A stretch of 64,000 nt of DNA, taken from positions 9,598-73,597 of IMG/VR virus record IMGVR_UViG_3300030107_006707; one strand, given 5' to 3'. The DNA comes from a virus. A model generated the notes under the pieces. That model searched no databases. It was not told where the DNA came from and saw only the letters and a program-made list of their open reading frames with translations. Below are positions 20,063 through 30,268 of this stretch, one piece after another. Position 1 is the stretch's first letter. Each line of letters starts with the position of its first letter. The translations under genes and the position numbers were made by a program.

Positions 20063-21052
20063 TTAAATTTTGTTTATCAAATTACAAATATATTGTGAAG
20101 CTTGCCCATTACCATATGGGCATTTTTTATCTGATAAGTCTACTTTAGTGGCCCAATGCTCTACAAGTCCCTGCAATTGTCTTGGCTCTTTACACAAGAG
20201 CGAAAACGTATCCAAGCCTTCTACCCTCTCAGTAAAATCACGACATACAATACAAGGCTTTTTGAGGAATGCGGCTTCTTCCTGTACACCGCCACTATCA
20301 GTTATTATAAATGCACAGGATGCAAGTTCATCAATAAATTCTGCATGTCCCATTGGATCAACTACCTTAACATCTGGTAATAGATTAGCATATTTCTTCA
20401 CCTCTGGGTTGGGATGTATTGGTAAAATAAAATCAAGGTGTTTATACTTTTGTGCTAAGTTATTAATTGTTTCAAACCATACTTGTATCTGATCTAGCTT
20501 TTCTCTACGATGTAATGTGACTATTACCTTATTAGACGTAGAAACCTTCACATCATTCAAATGATCTAGTACGGTATTACCAACAACAAATATATTCTTA
20601 CGCCCCTCTTTCTTTAGGTTTTTAGCTGCTGTGTGCGTTGGGCATAAATGAATCTCTGCTAGGGCAGAAATAGCAGCCCTATTAAACTCCTCGGGGTATG
20701 GACTATATTTATCATATGTTCTAAGACCAGCCTCTAAATGTGATACTGGTATCCTTCTATGAAAAGCTGCAAGCGCTGTTGCAAATGCAGACGAGGTATC
20801 TCCTTGCACCATTACATTTGTTATATCGTCAAATATCTCTTCTTTGTTTAATATTGATTGTACAATTGAATCTAAACGATTTGGTCCATCGCTGATTGAC
20901 AAAATATGATTTGGCTTTTCGGCCAGCCCAAGAAGGTCAGTATGCTGCCCTGTAAAGAAAGTTTTATAAAGCATACCTCGCTTTTTCATTTCCTCTATTA
21001 CAGGTAGAACCTTTATGTACTCTGGTCTTGTCCCATACGTTATTAATAACAT
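20063..21052 (-). CDS. wecB: UDP-N-acetylglucosamine 2-epimerase
   Basis: GTRPEYIK, TGQH, VQGDT, HLEAGLRT, TLHRRE, TDSGGVQEEA motifs. Confidence 0.95.
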   Translation of the reverse strand: MLLITYGTRPEYIKVLPVIEEMKKRGMLYKTFFTGQHTDLLGLAEKPNHILSISDGPNRLDSIVQSILNKEEIFDDITNVMVQGDTSSAFATALAAFHRRIPVSHLEAGLRTYDKYSPYPEEFNRAAISALAEIHLCPTHTAAKNLKKEGRKNIFVVGNTVLDHLNDVKVSTSNKVIVTLHRREKLDQIQVWFETINNLAQKYKHLDFILPIHPNPEVKKYANLLPDVKVVDPMGHAEFIDELASCAFIITDSGGVQEEAAFLKKPCIVCRDFTERVEGLDTFSLLCKEPRQLQGLVEHWATKVDLSDKKCPYGNGQASQYICNLINKI

Positions 21053-21054
21053 TT

Positions 21055-21453
21055 TTACTCGCTAAGATATCTTACCACAAGGTCATGAATCTTCTCATCA
21101 ACATTTTGCTTCCATGAATCATCACCCTCTTTGATTTTGTTTCTAATATCGGTTGCTGATATGAACCCGACATCTTCAGGTGGCACATGCTCAATGATAC
21201 CATATCCAACACCTCGTCCATAATTTACAGAGTCAATATCTGGGATAGCCATTACAACAACATCATGATCTTCATATGCTTTTTCTAACATCTTTACCGT
21301 CTGCTCAGTTGTAAATGGGTTCTTCTCATCTGGTGGAATATCTCTGACACATATCAAGATTGGTAAACCCTCATCTAACTTCTGTGACATAAGCCACTTG
21401 TGCCCATTATGAAATGGCTGCCAGCGGCCAATAAACATCGCTCTTCTACTCAT
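21055..21453 (-). CDS. HIGH-family (cytidylyltransferase-like) nucleotidyltransferase
   Basis: IGRWQPFHNGH and ISATDIR motifs. Confidence 0.85.
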   Translation of the reverse strand: MSRRAMFIGRWQPFHNGHKWLMSQKLDEGLPILICVRDIPPDEKNPFTTEQTVKMLEKAYEDHDVVVMAIPDIDSVNYGRGVGYGIIEHVPPEDVGFISATDIRNKIKEGDDSWKQNVDEKIHDLVVRYLSE

Positions 21454-21472
21454 TGATTATCTCCTATATAAC

Positions 21473-22063
21473 TTAAAAGTATTCGTTATCTTCAAGGTAT
21501 TTTATTATCTGCTCGGCGCAGTCGTCTATCTTAGATTCGTGTGTCTCTACAACAACTTCTGGGTTTTCTGGATTTTCATATGGGGCGCTCACACCTGTAA
21601 AGTTTGGAATCTCACCACTTCGTGCTTTTTTATATAATCCTTTGGGATCTCTATCTTCACATGTCTCAAGTGGTGCCTTGACATATACCTCTATAAAATC
21701 TTTTCCTATAATATCTCTTGCAGATTGTCTACTTTTACGGTATGGAGAAATAAACGCTGTGCATACTATTGTACCAGATTCTCTCATCAAGTTAGCCACT
21801 TCAGATATCCGTCTTATGTTTTCAGTTCTATCCTCGGGTGAAAAACCAAGATCACTATTAAGTCCCATCCGTATATTATCGCCATCTAGCGTGTGAGTTT
21901 GGTAACCCCTCTGAAACAACAAATATTCTACAGCGTTAGCTAATGTAGACTTGCCCGAACCCGAAAGCCCTGTAAACCATAATACGGCTGGCCTGTGTTT
22001 GTTCTTTATAACTTTATCTTTGGTTGATATAGTAGCCCCATGAAAATGTAGATTGCTTGTCAT
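21473..22063 (-). CDS. cysC: Adenylylsulfate (APS) kinase
   Basis: [47 protein letters not shown]. Confidence 0.97.
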   Translation of the reverse strand: MTSNLHFHGATISTKDKVIKNKHRPAVLWFTGLSGSGKSTLANAVEYLLFQRGYQTHTLDGDNIRMGLNSDLGFSPEDRTENIRRISEVANLMRESGTIVCTAFISPYRKSRQSARDIIGKDFIEVYVKAPLETCEDRDPKGLYKKARSGEIPNFTGVSAPYENPENPEVVVETHESKIDDCAEQIIKYLEDNEYF

Positions 22064-22266
22064 TTACTAACTCCATAATTAGAAAATTTATACCAGGCTC
22101 TTTCATGTCCATAATATAAAACTATCTTTGTTACTAATTCAACTGCGCCGATCTTAACGCCTACCATAGGGTCGCCTGATATAAGCCACCCTAACAACAT
22201 AGTGTCTAAAGTTCCTACTACTCTCCAACTAACAGCTTTTGCTAGGTGTCGCTTCTTTGCTACCAT
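22060..22266 (-). CDS. DUF2061-like small membrane protein
   Basis: [10 protein letters not shown]...YYGHERAW pattern, commonly found next to cysC. Confidence 0.85.
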   Translation of the reverse strand: MVAKKRHLAKAVSWRVVGTLDTMLLGWLISGDPMVGVKIGAVELVTKIVLYYGHERAWYKFSNYGVSK

Positions 22267-23213
22267 ATAAAAACTTTCTTATAATATTCTACTATGTGTT
22301 TTATCTCTTTATCAAACTCACGTTTAGGTTCCCATCCTAAGTTTCTAAGTTTGTTATCATCTACCGAGTATCGGACATCCTGACCCTCTCTATTGTGAGA
22401 GAAGTCTAGATATTCACTATAATCATCTATTTTTTCTTCAAGGTAACAGTCTATAATCTTTTTGACTGTATCAATGTTTTTTTGCTCAAACCCACCAGAT
22501 ATATTGAAAATTTGGTTTTTTACACCTGATTCCATAATAGTAAGAATAGCATTAGCAGTATCTGAGGCGTGTAGCCAATTTCTAACTGGCTCACCGTTAT
22601 TATGTAACCTTATTTTTTTACCTCTCTGTAGGAGCTTGATTGACAAAGGAATAAGTTTTTCTGGGTATTGAAAAATGCCATAGTTATTTGTTGGCCTGAC
22701 AATAATATAATTTGTACCGTATGTACGATGCCAAGACTTTATCAAGTGATCCGCCGCAGCTTTTGTTGCGGAATATGGATTGCTTGGATTTAACTTATTA
22801 TCCTCCATAAACGAACCATTTTCTAAATCACCGTATACCTCATCTGTGCTAAAATGCAGAAGAACTGGTTTCTCGCAAACATTGCTCGGCTTACTTTGAA
22901 TAATCTTGAGCAAATTTTGCACACCGCCAATATTAGTATTAATAAAATCAGTGCCATCAATAATACTGTTACCAACATGCGACTCTGCTGCTAAGTTAAT
23001 CACATAGTCACAATCTGGGATAGATTTTAGATCACATATATCCTCTTTCAGGAATGAAAACCCTGGCTCACCTGTAAGAGATTTCATCGCTTCCCTGTTT
23101 GCTGCATAGGTTAATTTATCAACACCCATGACAAGATAGCCTCTGTGTAGTAGCAATTTCGCAAGATGAGATCCAATAAGTCCCATACAACCTGTGATGA
23201 CAACTGTTTTCAT
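22260..23213 (-). CDS. rfbB: dTDP-glucose 4,6-dehydratase (extended SDR)
   Basis: TGCMGLIG, DKLTYAAN, AAESHV, STDEVYG, YSATK, NNYG..QYPEKLIP. Confidence 0.9.
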   Translation of the reverse strand: MKTVVITGCMGLIGSHLAKLLLHRGYLVMGVDKLTYAANREAMKSLTGEPGFSFLKEDICDLKSIPDCDYVINLAAESHVGNSIIDGTDFINTNIGGVQNLLKIIQSKPSNVCEKPVLLHFSTDEVYGDLENGSFMEDNKLNPSNPYSATKAAADHLIKSWHRTYGTNYIIVRPTNNYGIFQYPEKLIPLSIKLLQRGKKIRLHNNGEPVRNWLHASDTANAILTIMESGVKNQIFNISGGFEQKNIDTVKKIIDCYLEEKIDDYSEYLDFSHNREGQDVRYSVDDNKLRNLGWEPKREFDKEIKHIVEYYKKVFIW

Positions 23214-23665
23214 TATTGACCCCCTAAATGATTTTTATAATGACCAACATAATCACTACAAACACCATACACATCTTGCTGTAGTGCTTTTTCTGTTTCT
23301 TCTATTGTTCTGCATACCATAATAGATCTAGAGGTAACATGTTTACCAGGATATGTCCAAATAAAGTTTTTACTAGTCAGTGTATAATCATCTGTTTGGT
23401 GCCAAAAACATTGTGCTCCAACATTAGTTAAGTGTTCTAAAGCATCTAAGTTCTTAGCATGACACCACATTTGAGGATGCAATACAAAATCAGTTTGCAC
23501 AAATATAGATGGTTCATCATGACCTAAGTATAACTTACCATCTTGCGACCATACATCAACCTCTACATGAAATCCCCTACTAATAAGTTCAGCTATTTTG
23601 GTAGGATTGTTTTCCAACAAATCATCTGGTCCAAATAAATTGCCACGATGCGATACTAAAATCAT
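23213..23665 (-). CDS. PLC/GDPD-like phosphodiesterase-domain protein
   Basis: SHRGN...EVDVW...LGHD...WCHAKN...FWHQTDDYTLTS...WTYPG. Confidence 0.75.
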   Translation of the reverse strand: MILVSHRGNLFGPDDLLENNPTKIAELISRGFHVEVDVWSQDGKLYLGHDEPSIFVQTDFVLHPQMWCHAKNLDALEHLTNVGAQCFWHQTDDYTLTSKNFIWTYPGKHVTSRSIMVCRTIEETEKALQQDVYGVCSDYVGHYKNHLGGQ

Positions 23666-24537
23666 TTTTTGTAAAACTCCTCTTTAGTGTAAGACCAATC
23701 ACACATTGGCCCATGTGATGTTACTCTTCCATCAGAGTCAAATATGTGCCATCCATTTGCACGACCCCAGTATATCTCAGGATAATCATATTGTAAATTT
23801 ATTATTTTGTTTTTAGTGTTTGTCCAGTCATTCTTTAGACGATTATAGTTCCACCGTAAGTCACAAAAACCAATCTCTCCTATATCTCTAAACGAGCAAT
23901 TATGTCTTAGTAAATCGTTCCAGTTTTTTCCATTGTACAATGGGGCATCACTATATTGCTGTGGAGGATATACCCCCGTGAAGTGCTTTACAAAAGACGC
24001 TCCTGTGTGTATAAGCCCATCAGCATGAAATGGACGATTGTTCTTATTCCAGATTGACATCAATAAATCAATTTCCCCGTACATAAAACAATCGCCAAAT
24101 TTGTAAAACATTTTACCAGTTTGCTGTGTTAGTAAAAGTTTTTTTCCCTCTTCCTCTAAAATATTATCGCAATAAGTAGCGATCTCTCCCCTGGCTAATA
24201 CAGAATCGCCACGAGTCTTGACACAATAGTCAAACCCTTCTTCTTGTGCTTTTTGTATCCCTAAGAAAACTGATTTATATTGTGCGGGCATACCAACCAC
24301 TGTGCCCCCACCGTCAATTGGGTGCAAGTCCTCCCAGATAATATCGTCACACATTTGTTTAGTTGACGTGAGTGGTTCATGTCCATGACCAGTTAAGATA
24401 ATATATGCTGCGGGATTATTGATTCTTAGGTTTTTTATATTTGTGTCCAGAATCTCTTTTTTATCCTCAGCAGATAAACTACCTTGAGGATCAAAATCTG
24501 GTATGTGTATCTGTGTTACAATGCAATTAATGTCCAT
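23662..24537 (-). CDS. Putative glycosyltransferase/WavE-like protein
   Basis: Start refined to MDINCIV; VKTRGD and FGDCFMYG motifs; glycan-cluster context. Confidence 0.55.
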   Translation of the reverse strand: MDINCIVTQIHIPDFDPQGSLSAEDKKEILDTNIKNLRINNPAAYIILTGHGHEPLTSTKQMCDDIIWEDLHPIDGGGTVVGMPAQYKSVFLGIQKAQEEGFDYCVKTRGDSVLARGEIATYCDNILEEEGKKLLLTQQTGKMFYKFGDCFMYGEIDLLMSIWNKNNRPFHADGLIHTGASFVKHFTGVYPPQQYSDAPLYNGKNWNDLLRHNCSFRDIGEIGFCDLRWNYNRLKNDWTNTKNKIINLQYDYPEIYWGRANGWHIFDSDGRVTSHGPMCDWSYTKEEFYKK

Positions 24538-25168
24538 ATTGGTATCCAAACAATGCAATATCTTTTGCGTATATTTGAGCTACCTTATTAACACTCTCTG
24601 GGTCATAATATTCCGTATAATGCCCATGATCAGTAGTCCTATGAATACGGACATCATAATGTGGATGTTTTCTTCTATAATTTGGGAAACCTATCTTATT
24701 CATTAAGTTATTAACATCATCTGAATAGTTTTCTACTCTCATAATGTTGTCTACAGATTTATCTGCTGCGTGTGTGTACAAGTGTTGTGGCAAAAAATGA
24801 ACATCTTTAATCCAGACGCTATTTTCCATATTCATCACAAAATCTTTAAAATCTTTATACTCAGATAATAATGGCCTGTCAAATATAATTTGACCAGAAT
24901 ATTGGTGCATTCTATTTTGTGTAAAATCTAAATATCCAGACAATAATCTGGACCATGGATTTCTTACCATAGCGAATGAATAATAGTCCCTGTAGTCTGG
25001 ATTAAGATCCAAGATTTGTTGATAATTTCTGTGATGTAAATGTGGCTCAGGGTCTGATCTTTGATCTCCTTCTAACCTAAAAAGATCTTTTAGCAAAACA
25101 TGAAGAGCAGATCCTGCTGCCTTTGGGTTGTGTACGAAAATTATTCTTTTCTGATCATCTATAAACAT
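24527..25168 (-). CDS. Sulfotransferase (family 2-like)
   Basis: FVHNPKAAGSA (5'-PSB), VRNPWSRLLSGY (3'-PB), HFLPQ, DIALFGY. Confidence 0.9.
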   Translation of the reverse strand: MFIDDQKRIIFVHNPKAAGSALHVLLKDLFRLEGDQRSDPEPHLHHRNYQQILDLNPDYRDYYSFAMVRNPWSRLLSGYLDFTQNRMHQYSGQIIFDRPLLSEYKDFKDFVMNMENSVWIKDVHFLPQHLYTHAADKSVDNIMRVENYSDDVNNLMNKIGFPNYRRKHPHYDVRIHRTTDHGHYTEYYDPESVNKVAQIYAKDIALFGYQYGH

Positions 25169-25169
25169 T

Positions 25170-26225
25170 TTAAGTCCTACTCCATCTCGCCCAGAAGAAC
25201 AATTCTTTTTCTGAGGAAAACGTTATCCCAGCACTATTCCAACGAGCCACATAGTGTCCTAAACTGTTTATATCTACAACTTTAAATGGTTGATCATATT
25301 CATTCCATTTGGACCATTTTCCTTGTGTTATACCTTGCGCCCAAAGCCAAGAACAAAATAAAATAGTCTCAGGACATAATTTATCTTTTGGGTGTAAGAC
25401 ATCACGGTTTGCAGGTCCACCTGGGATTCTGTTTTTATCAACAAATATATGCCACGTTTGATTTTTGAATTCGTCAGCCTCTTCTTTACTGCTGAATGTA
25501 TCTGCTTCATATATGTTCATATCATTATCATAAAGAGCAAAAAGGTTGTTTGCAGCAGCGTATAAATGTTTAGTTTTAGCCATAAACACATGATCGCCAA
25601 TATGGATACCGTGCTTACGTTTAAACTTCCATGCGTCATCATCTCCAATGTATGGCCAAGTTGGCTTACAAAATATGTTCCCACAAATAAATTTATTAGG
25701 ATTTTCATTGAATACTTCTATAAGGCGACTAAAATCGCCATAACATTCATCAGTCCTCATTTTAATAACATATGGATTACTAACTTCTCTAAAACCATTT
25801 GACATAGTGTACAAAGCATAGTGAAAAGTTGTGAGATAATTAAGGTAATCAGAAACAAATCTAGCTTTACCGTCTATTTCTTCTATTGAGCCAGGAATAG
25901 ATGGGGAAAAAACAAACTTAATCTTCTCCTTGCACAAATCAAATATTTCATCACCTTCGTCATACCCAAGTCGTTTTATAAGAACTTCTTTTATAAATTG
26001 CAGTGGCAGATTATCTAGATTTTCACAATATCCATCATCTTTGTGCATTCCGCAGCATGGACATCTTTCTATCTCATATGTTGAGACAACAATTTCATCA
26101 AAATACTCCAAGTAACTAGGTAAGTGCTTGATCCAAGTTATGGTATGATTTTGATCAAAGTTGTTATTAGAAAAAGTAACTGGACCTTGAATCATTAAGG
26201 ATATATTTTTACCGTCTGCTAACAT
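25170..26225 (-). CDS. WavE-like polysaccharide synthesis protein
   Basis: ISLMIQGP...IVVSTY...VIKMRTDE...HIGDHVF. Confidence 0.65.
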   Translation of the reverse strand: MLADGKNISLMIQGPVTFSNNNFDQNHTITWIKHLPSYLEYFDEIVVSTYEIERCPCCGMHKDDGYCENLDNLPLQFIKEVLIKRLGYDEGDEIFDLCKEKIKFVFSPSIPGSIEEIDGKARFVSDYLNYLTTFHYALYTMSNGFREVSNPYVIKMRTDECYGDFSRLIEVFNENPNKFICGNIFCKPTWPYIGDDDAWKFKRKHGIHIGDHVFMAKTKHLYAAANNLFALYDNDMNIYEADTFSSKEEADEFKNQTWHIFVDKNRIPGGPANRDVLHPKDKLCPETILFCSWLWAQGITQGKWSKWNEYDQPFKVVDINSLGHYVARWNSAGITFSSEKELFFWARWSRT

Positions 26226-26234
26226 AGATTTATT

Positions 26235-26717
26235 TTACCTTGACAAATTGATATAAGTTGGTTTTCCGTTATACATAGTCTCTTTAAATAATCGCTTCAT
26301 GTCTTCTGGGTCTTCTGGCCAGAACTTCTCTATATTTTTAAATCCACTAAGATGCTCTTTATCATCAGTTGCCCAGTGGGACCAACCTAACCAAAGATAG
26401 TCTTTGTCTCTTCCTGCGCCAACAAGCTTGACTGGAATCTTTTCGTAGTCAACGTAGTTCCTAATAAATTCAAATGGGCGATACAGAGTAAACGGTGTCA
26501 TAGAATAACATACTACAAGCTTACCCTCCTGGGCTAAGCCGATACTCATCCCCATCATCAATTGTTCTGCTGCCCCTGGGTTGATAACCCTATCTGGGAA
26601 CTCTTCACGGATTTCATCAAAGTGTCCGTAACCCAAATCACCAACAACAAATACAATATTGTCGTTCTCTCTCATCTCTTCATGCAGTAAGCTAACAAAT
26701 GTTTTTCTAACGCTCAT
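26235..26717 (-). CDS. Transketolase-like, pyrimidine-binding half (truncated)
   Basis: GDLGYG...FPDRVINPGAAEQLMMG...RPFEFIRN. Confidence 0.88.
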   Translation of the reverse strand: MSVRKTFVSLLHEEMRENDNIVFVVGDLGYGHFDEIREEFPDRVINPGAAEQLMMGMSIGLAQEGKLVVCYSMTPFTLYRPFEFIRNYVDYEKIPVKLVGAGRDKDYLWLGWSHWATDDKEHLSGFKNIEKFWPEDPEDMKRLFKETMYNGKPTYINLSR

Positions 26718-27351
26718 TATTTAACATCTCCGTGCCTAGTTTATAATCTTCCGCTGTAAGCTTACAGTAGTGTGCATCTAGGTCTTTCAAGAATGGGAAA
26801 TATGAGTTGACATCGGTTTTGTAAAAGTGTATCCTTGGCAAGAAAGCTTTGCAGCGACGCTCAAGATATTCTACATCCACTGGATCATAACAAGCCCAAC
26901 CGTTGGCATTAACATAAATTTCCATATTGTCAACATTGTATTCCTCTATGTATCTTAGTGCCTCCCAAACTGAACCTTCTGCACATTCTCCATCACTAAC
27001 CATGACATGAACCTTGCGATTCTTATTTGCTAGTGCCCGACCTACAGCAATGACTATACCAGAACCCAGACTACCAGTTGATACATAGATGTGATTATCC
27101 TCATCCCAGTTAGGGTGTCCGCCGTGTTTTTCTACCAGAGCATCTGCGTCAACATGATCGTAATATTTTTCTAATACCACATATAAAGCATAAGCAGCGT
27201 GGCCATTTGATAACACAAATATATCATCTTCATTTTTGTTTTTGAAGATCTCATCAATTATATCCACACAAGTAAAGCAACTCCCAACGTGCTCCTCGTT
27301 GTGATCATATAGAAGTTTTAACAATCTTTGGTGTAGAACTTTATCGCTCAT
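26707..27351 (-). CDS. Transketolase-like, N-terminal TPP-binding half
   Basis: LSNGHA, GHP, STGSLGSG, SDGECAEGSVWEA (GDG-like) ...NANG. Confidence 0.9.
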   Translation of the reverse strand: MSDKVLHQRLLKLLYDHNEEHVGSCFTCVDIIDEIFKNKNEDDIFVLSNGHAAYALYVVLEKYYDHVDADALVEKHGGHPNWDEDNHIYVSTGSLGSGIVIAVGRALANKNRKVHVMVSDGECAEGSVWEALRYIEEYNVDNMEIYVNANGWACYDPVDVEYLERRCKAFLPRIHFYKTDVNSYFPFLKDLDAHYCKLTAEDYKLGTEMLNNER

Positions 27352-28514
27352 TTCATCCCCAATGTCTTACTCATTCTGGTCATGTGGCGTCCACCATCAA
27401 ATGAGGAGTTCTTCCATAATTTCACCATACTATCAAACGTAGACTCGCTAACGTATTTACTGGGTACTGAGAACCAATTAGCACAATTGTGGGTCATTGC
27501 ATGTTCGGCTGTATATTCATCAAACACCAATGCTGCAATAGTGCCATTCATATTGCTGGCTAATATATTTACTCCTTGCCCTGTACGGCAGAATCCAATA
27601 CCAAAGTCACAAATATTATTTTGGATTGCCCTAATAGCTTGAGACACATAATCGTTATAGTCACAGCTTTGGTTTACATAAGTTCCAAAATCAACATACG
27701 GAACGCCGTTAGCTTCTAGTACTCGCCTGGCCATCTCTTTAGCTTCAAACCCTGAGTGGTCGCAAGCGATAGCTACTGGCTTCTGTCCAAACCTTGGTGC
27801 TACATGGTTTACAAAGAACTCCAACTCTTGTGGTGTTCCTAGGACGTGCATCTTCTCTACTTGATGAATACCAACCTTAGCGCCATCTCGGATCATGAGG
27901 TTATACATCGGACAGATATAGAACTCATTCTTTACACGAATATTTGCTTCAATCATTTCTTCGGCATACTGAATGAACATCTTACCAGTCTTATAATAGT
28001 AAACACCAACAGCAGCGTTCTGACTGATCACTTCCTTCTCTGCTGTTCTGGTTGCATAGCCATCTTCGTTCATCTCAACATAACTGTGTGCTGGGCTATT
28101 TGCTTTGAACGTCAGTAGGTAGCCATCCATTTCCTCTGGTACAGATGCAGGGTCAAACTGATTCTGGTAATACACATCAGGCGTATAGATAAACAGCGGC
28201 AGATCATTATCAATATACTCTCTTGCTAGCAAGCATGTAGATACCGAGCCATCGGTGATATGATCTACTACGACAATCTTTACATCCTCACCAAACTTAT
28301 CTTTTAGGATTTGATCAATAGAAAAGTTATGGATATGGTCTAGCCGCACTGCAAAAATAAGATTGCACTCGTCTGCTTTGAATGAATCCATCGCCCAATC
28401 AATAACATGCCTTGTGTTGGCCATGATCAATGGCTTGGGCATTGTATACCCTCTATCTAAAAATCTTTGTGCCCTGCCAGCGACAGGAAGTAGTACATTA
28501 TATTTCTTTGTCAT
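27348..28514 (-). CDS. NTP-sugar nucleotidyltransferase fused to RpiB/LacAB sugar-phosphate isomerase
   Basis: N-term PVAGRAQRF...PKPLI...NEFYICPMYN...LGTPQEL; C-term ACDHSG...DY...FCRTGQG...HNCAN...FDGGRH. Confidence 0.9.
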   Translation of the reverse strand: MTKKYNVLLPVAGRAQRFLDRGYTMPKPLIMANTRHVIDWAMDSFKADECNLIFAVRLDHIHNFSIDQILKDKFGEDVKIVVVDHITDGSVSTCLLAREYIDNDLPLFIYTPDVYYQNQFDPASVPEEMDGYLLTFKANSPAHSYVEMNEDGYATRTAEKEVISQNAAVGVYYYKTGKMFIQYAEEMIEANIRVKNEFYICPMYNLMIRDGAKVGIHQVEKMHVLGTPQELEFFVNHVAPRFGQKPVAIACDHSGFEAKEMARRVLEANGVPYVDFGTYVNQSCDYNDYVSQAIRAIQNNICDFGIGFCRTGQGVNILASNMNGTIAALVFDEYTAEHAMTHNCANWFSVPSKYVSESTFDSMVKLWKNSSFDGGRHMTRMSKTLGMK

Positions 28515-28516
28515 TT

Positions 28517-28873
28517 TTATCCTTTGTACGCTCTAATAGAGCTAATATATCCTTGTCCATTTACAGTAATAACGTCTGTTACCAGCAACGACTCATCGTC
28601 TATATGTATAGTAATTTCTGCCGCAACAGTTGTATTATTAATATAGAGGCCGCCAACAACTACATCTAAGTTTTGCACGGTATCAAAAAAATCTTTATTG
28701 GCTTTTAGCAAGTTATCTTTACCAGTGATTGTTGTCTCCCAGTCACGCAATGTTACATCATCACTATAAAGATCTGACAATTTATCAATATCCTTGGAAC
28801 CAAAAGCATTTAGATATTTTTCAGCTATCTGCATATTAAATTGCATTTGTTCTCGCAGTCCTGTTTCATTCAT
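28517..28873 (-). CDS. SnoaL/NTF2-like protein
   Basis: YLNAFGSKDIDKLSDLYSDDVTLRDWE...ISSIRAYKG. Confidence 0.8.
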   Translation of the reverse strand: MNETGLREQMQFNMQIAEKYLNAFGSKDIDKLSDLYSDDVTLRDWETTITGKDNLLKANKDFFDTVQNLDVVVGGLYINNTTVAAEITIHIDDESLLVTDVITVNGQGYISSIRAYKG

Positions 28874-28875
28874 CT

Positions 28876-29745
28876 CTACTTATCTCTCAATATAAAATCA
28901 GTGGCGTATTCATGAGCCGCCTTAGTATTATGTTTTATGTCATTCTCACTATCTAACGTGTTGTAAATAAAACTAGCCGCAAAGGCATCCCCTGCGCCTA
29001 ATACATTTATCTTAGTATTTTTTATCACGTTGTTATAAACCATATGCTGAGTTTCACCTGTGCTTACACAACTGCCCTTGGGAGAGTGAACAACGGCGGC
29101 TTTTCTAAGTTTGTTTTCTAAAGACATGGCCGAATAAATCTCTACCTTTTCATTAGTTATACTAAGAGCGCTGTCCTCAGATACAATACCATAGTCAACG
29201 TGTTCTAATAGTTTCAAAATATTATCTTTCTGTTTTTTACTATGTGATGATAAGCACATATCCATGGATATAATACTATCAGTTGATAAACTTGTAAAGT
29301 GATTTTTTGTTATACCATCCAGTGTATCAAGATACATAAAATGATACCACTTAGCAGGTGGTAAGTAAAAGCTATCATGCTCCCTACAAACACCCCAGTT
29401 TACCACACTACTTCTTGTTTGGGTTTCAGTTTCGCATAGCACTATTGCACTAGTTGTAAGCCCAGGGACTTTTTTAACATTATAATCAAATGAACTGTTT
29501 TCCTTCTTCATGTCAGAAAGAACTTTTAGCGCCATAGCCCCTATATCATCGTCTCCAACAACAGACGATAAAAATACAGTTTGTTTGTCGCATAGTTCTA
29601 ATAAACACCGCACGGTGTTGATAGTGCCACCAAGATCAACCTTAGCTCCATGACCAAGATTAGAAACCCCTGTCTTATAGGTATCCAATATTTGTATAGT
29701 GTCAAAAAATATGTTACCTACAACACAAAAATCAAAACTTTTCAT
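28876..29745 (-). CDS. PfkB-family carbohydrate kinase
   Basis: GG...VGDDDIG and C-terminal NVLGAGDAFAASF. Confidence 0.88.
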   Translation of the reverse strand: MKSFDFCVVGNIFFDTIQILDTYKTGVSNLGHGAKVDLGGTINTVRCLLELCDKQTVFLSSVVGDDDIGAMALKVLSDMKKENSSFDYNVKKVPGLTTSAIVLCETETQTRSSVVNWGVCREHDSFYLPPAKWYHFMYLDTLDGITKNHFTSLSTDSIISMDMCLSSHSKKQKDNILKLLEHVDYGIVSEDSALSITNEKVEIYSAMSLENKLRKAAVVHSPKGSCVSTGETQHMVYNNVIKNTKINVLGAGDAFAASFIYNTLDSENDIKHNTKAAHEYATDFILRDK

Positions 29746-30268
29746 TTTTATCTAACGCTTCAATATCTTCCATCGTGCAATCATTGACCAGACCACGTTC
29801 TAACATCAGCCCAACCATTTCCATAACAGCGTTACAGCCGCCATTACTTTGTAAGACATTATGATAACCTAACACAGAGGTGCAGATCATCTTTATTTCC
29901 CAACATGCATCTGCTGGGCAGAAAGGGTGCTCCACTGCCTTCATTATACTACTGTCAAACAAGTCATCACCAATATAGGCCATGTGTTCTGGTGTAACAT
30001 TATATTTCTCTATCAGTTCAGGAATAAAATCTACCTTGTCTTTACCACGGGCATAGAAGAAGTCAATGTTTCTATTCTTAGCCATTGCCTGATTGACTGT
30101 ATCATCTCCTGATAAAAAGCATACCTTTACGCCCGCTCCCCGTAAACGCTTGATCGCTGTAAAATCTTTATCGCAGTATGTCTTAGCAAATGGCATACCG
30201 TCAGTGTTATAATACTTCCTACCATCTGTCATTACGCCATCTATGTCAAGTATTACTAACTTTATCAT
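29732..30268 (-). CDS. KdsC-like HAD phosphatase
   Basis: LDIDGVMTDG, SG, K, YIGDDLFD, GGCNAVME. Confidence 0.9.
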   Translation of the reverse strand: MIKLVILDIDGVMTDGRKYYNTDGMPFAKTYCDKDFTAIKRLRGAGVKVCFLSGDDTVNQAMAKNRNIDFFYARGKDKVDFIPELIEKYNVTPEHMAYIGDDLFDSSIMKAVEHPFCPADACWEIKMICTSVLGYHNVLQSNGGCNAVMEMVGLMLERGLVNDCTMEDIEALDKNEKF

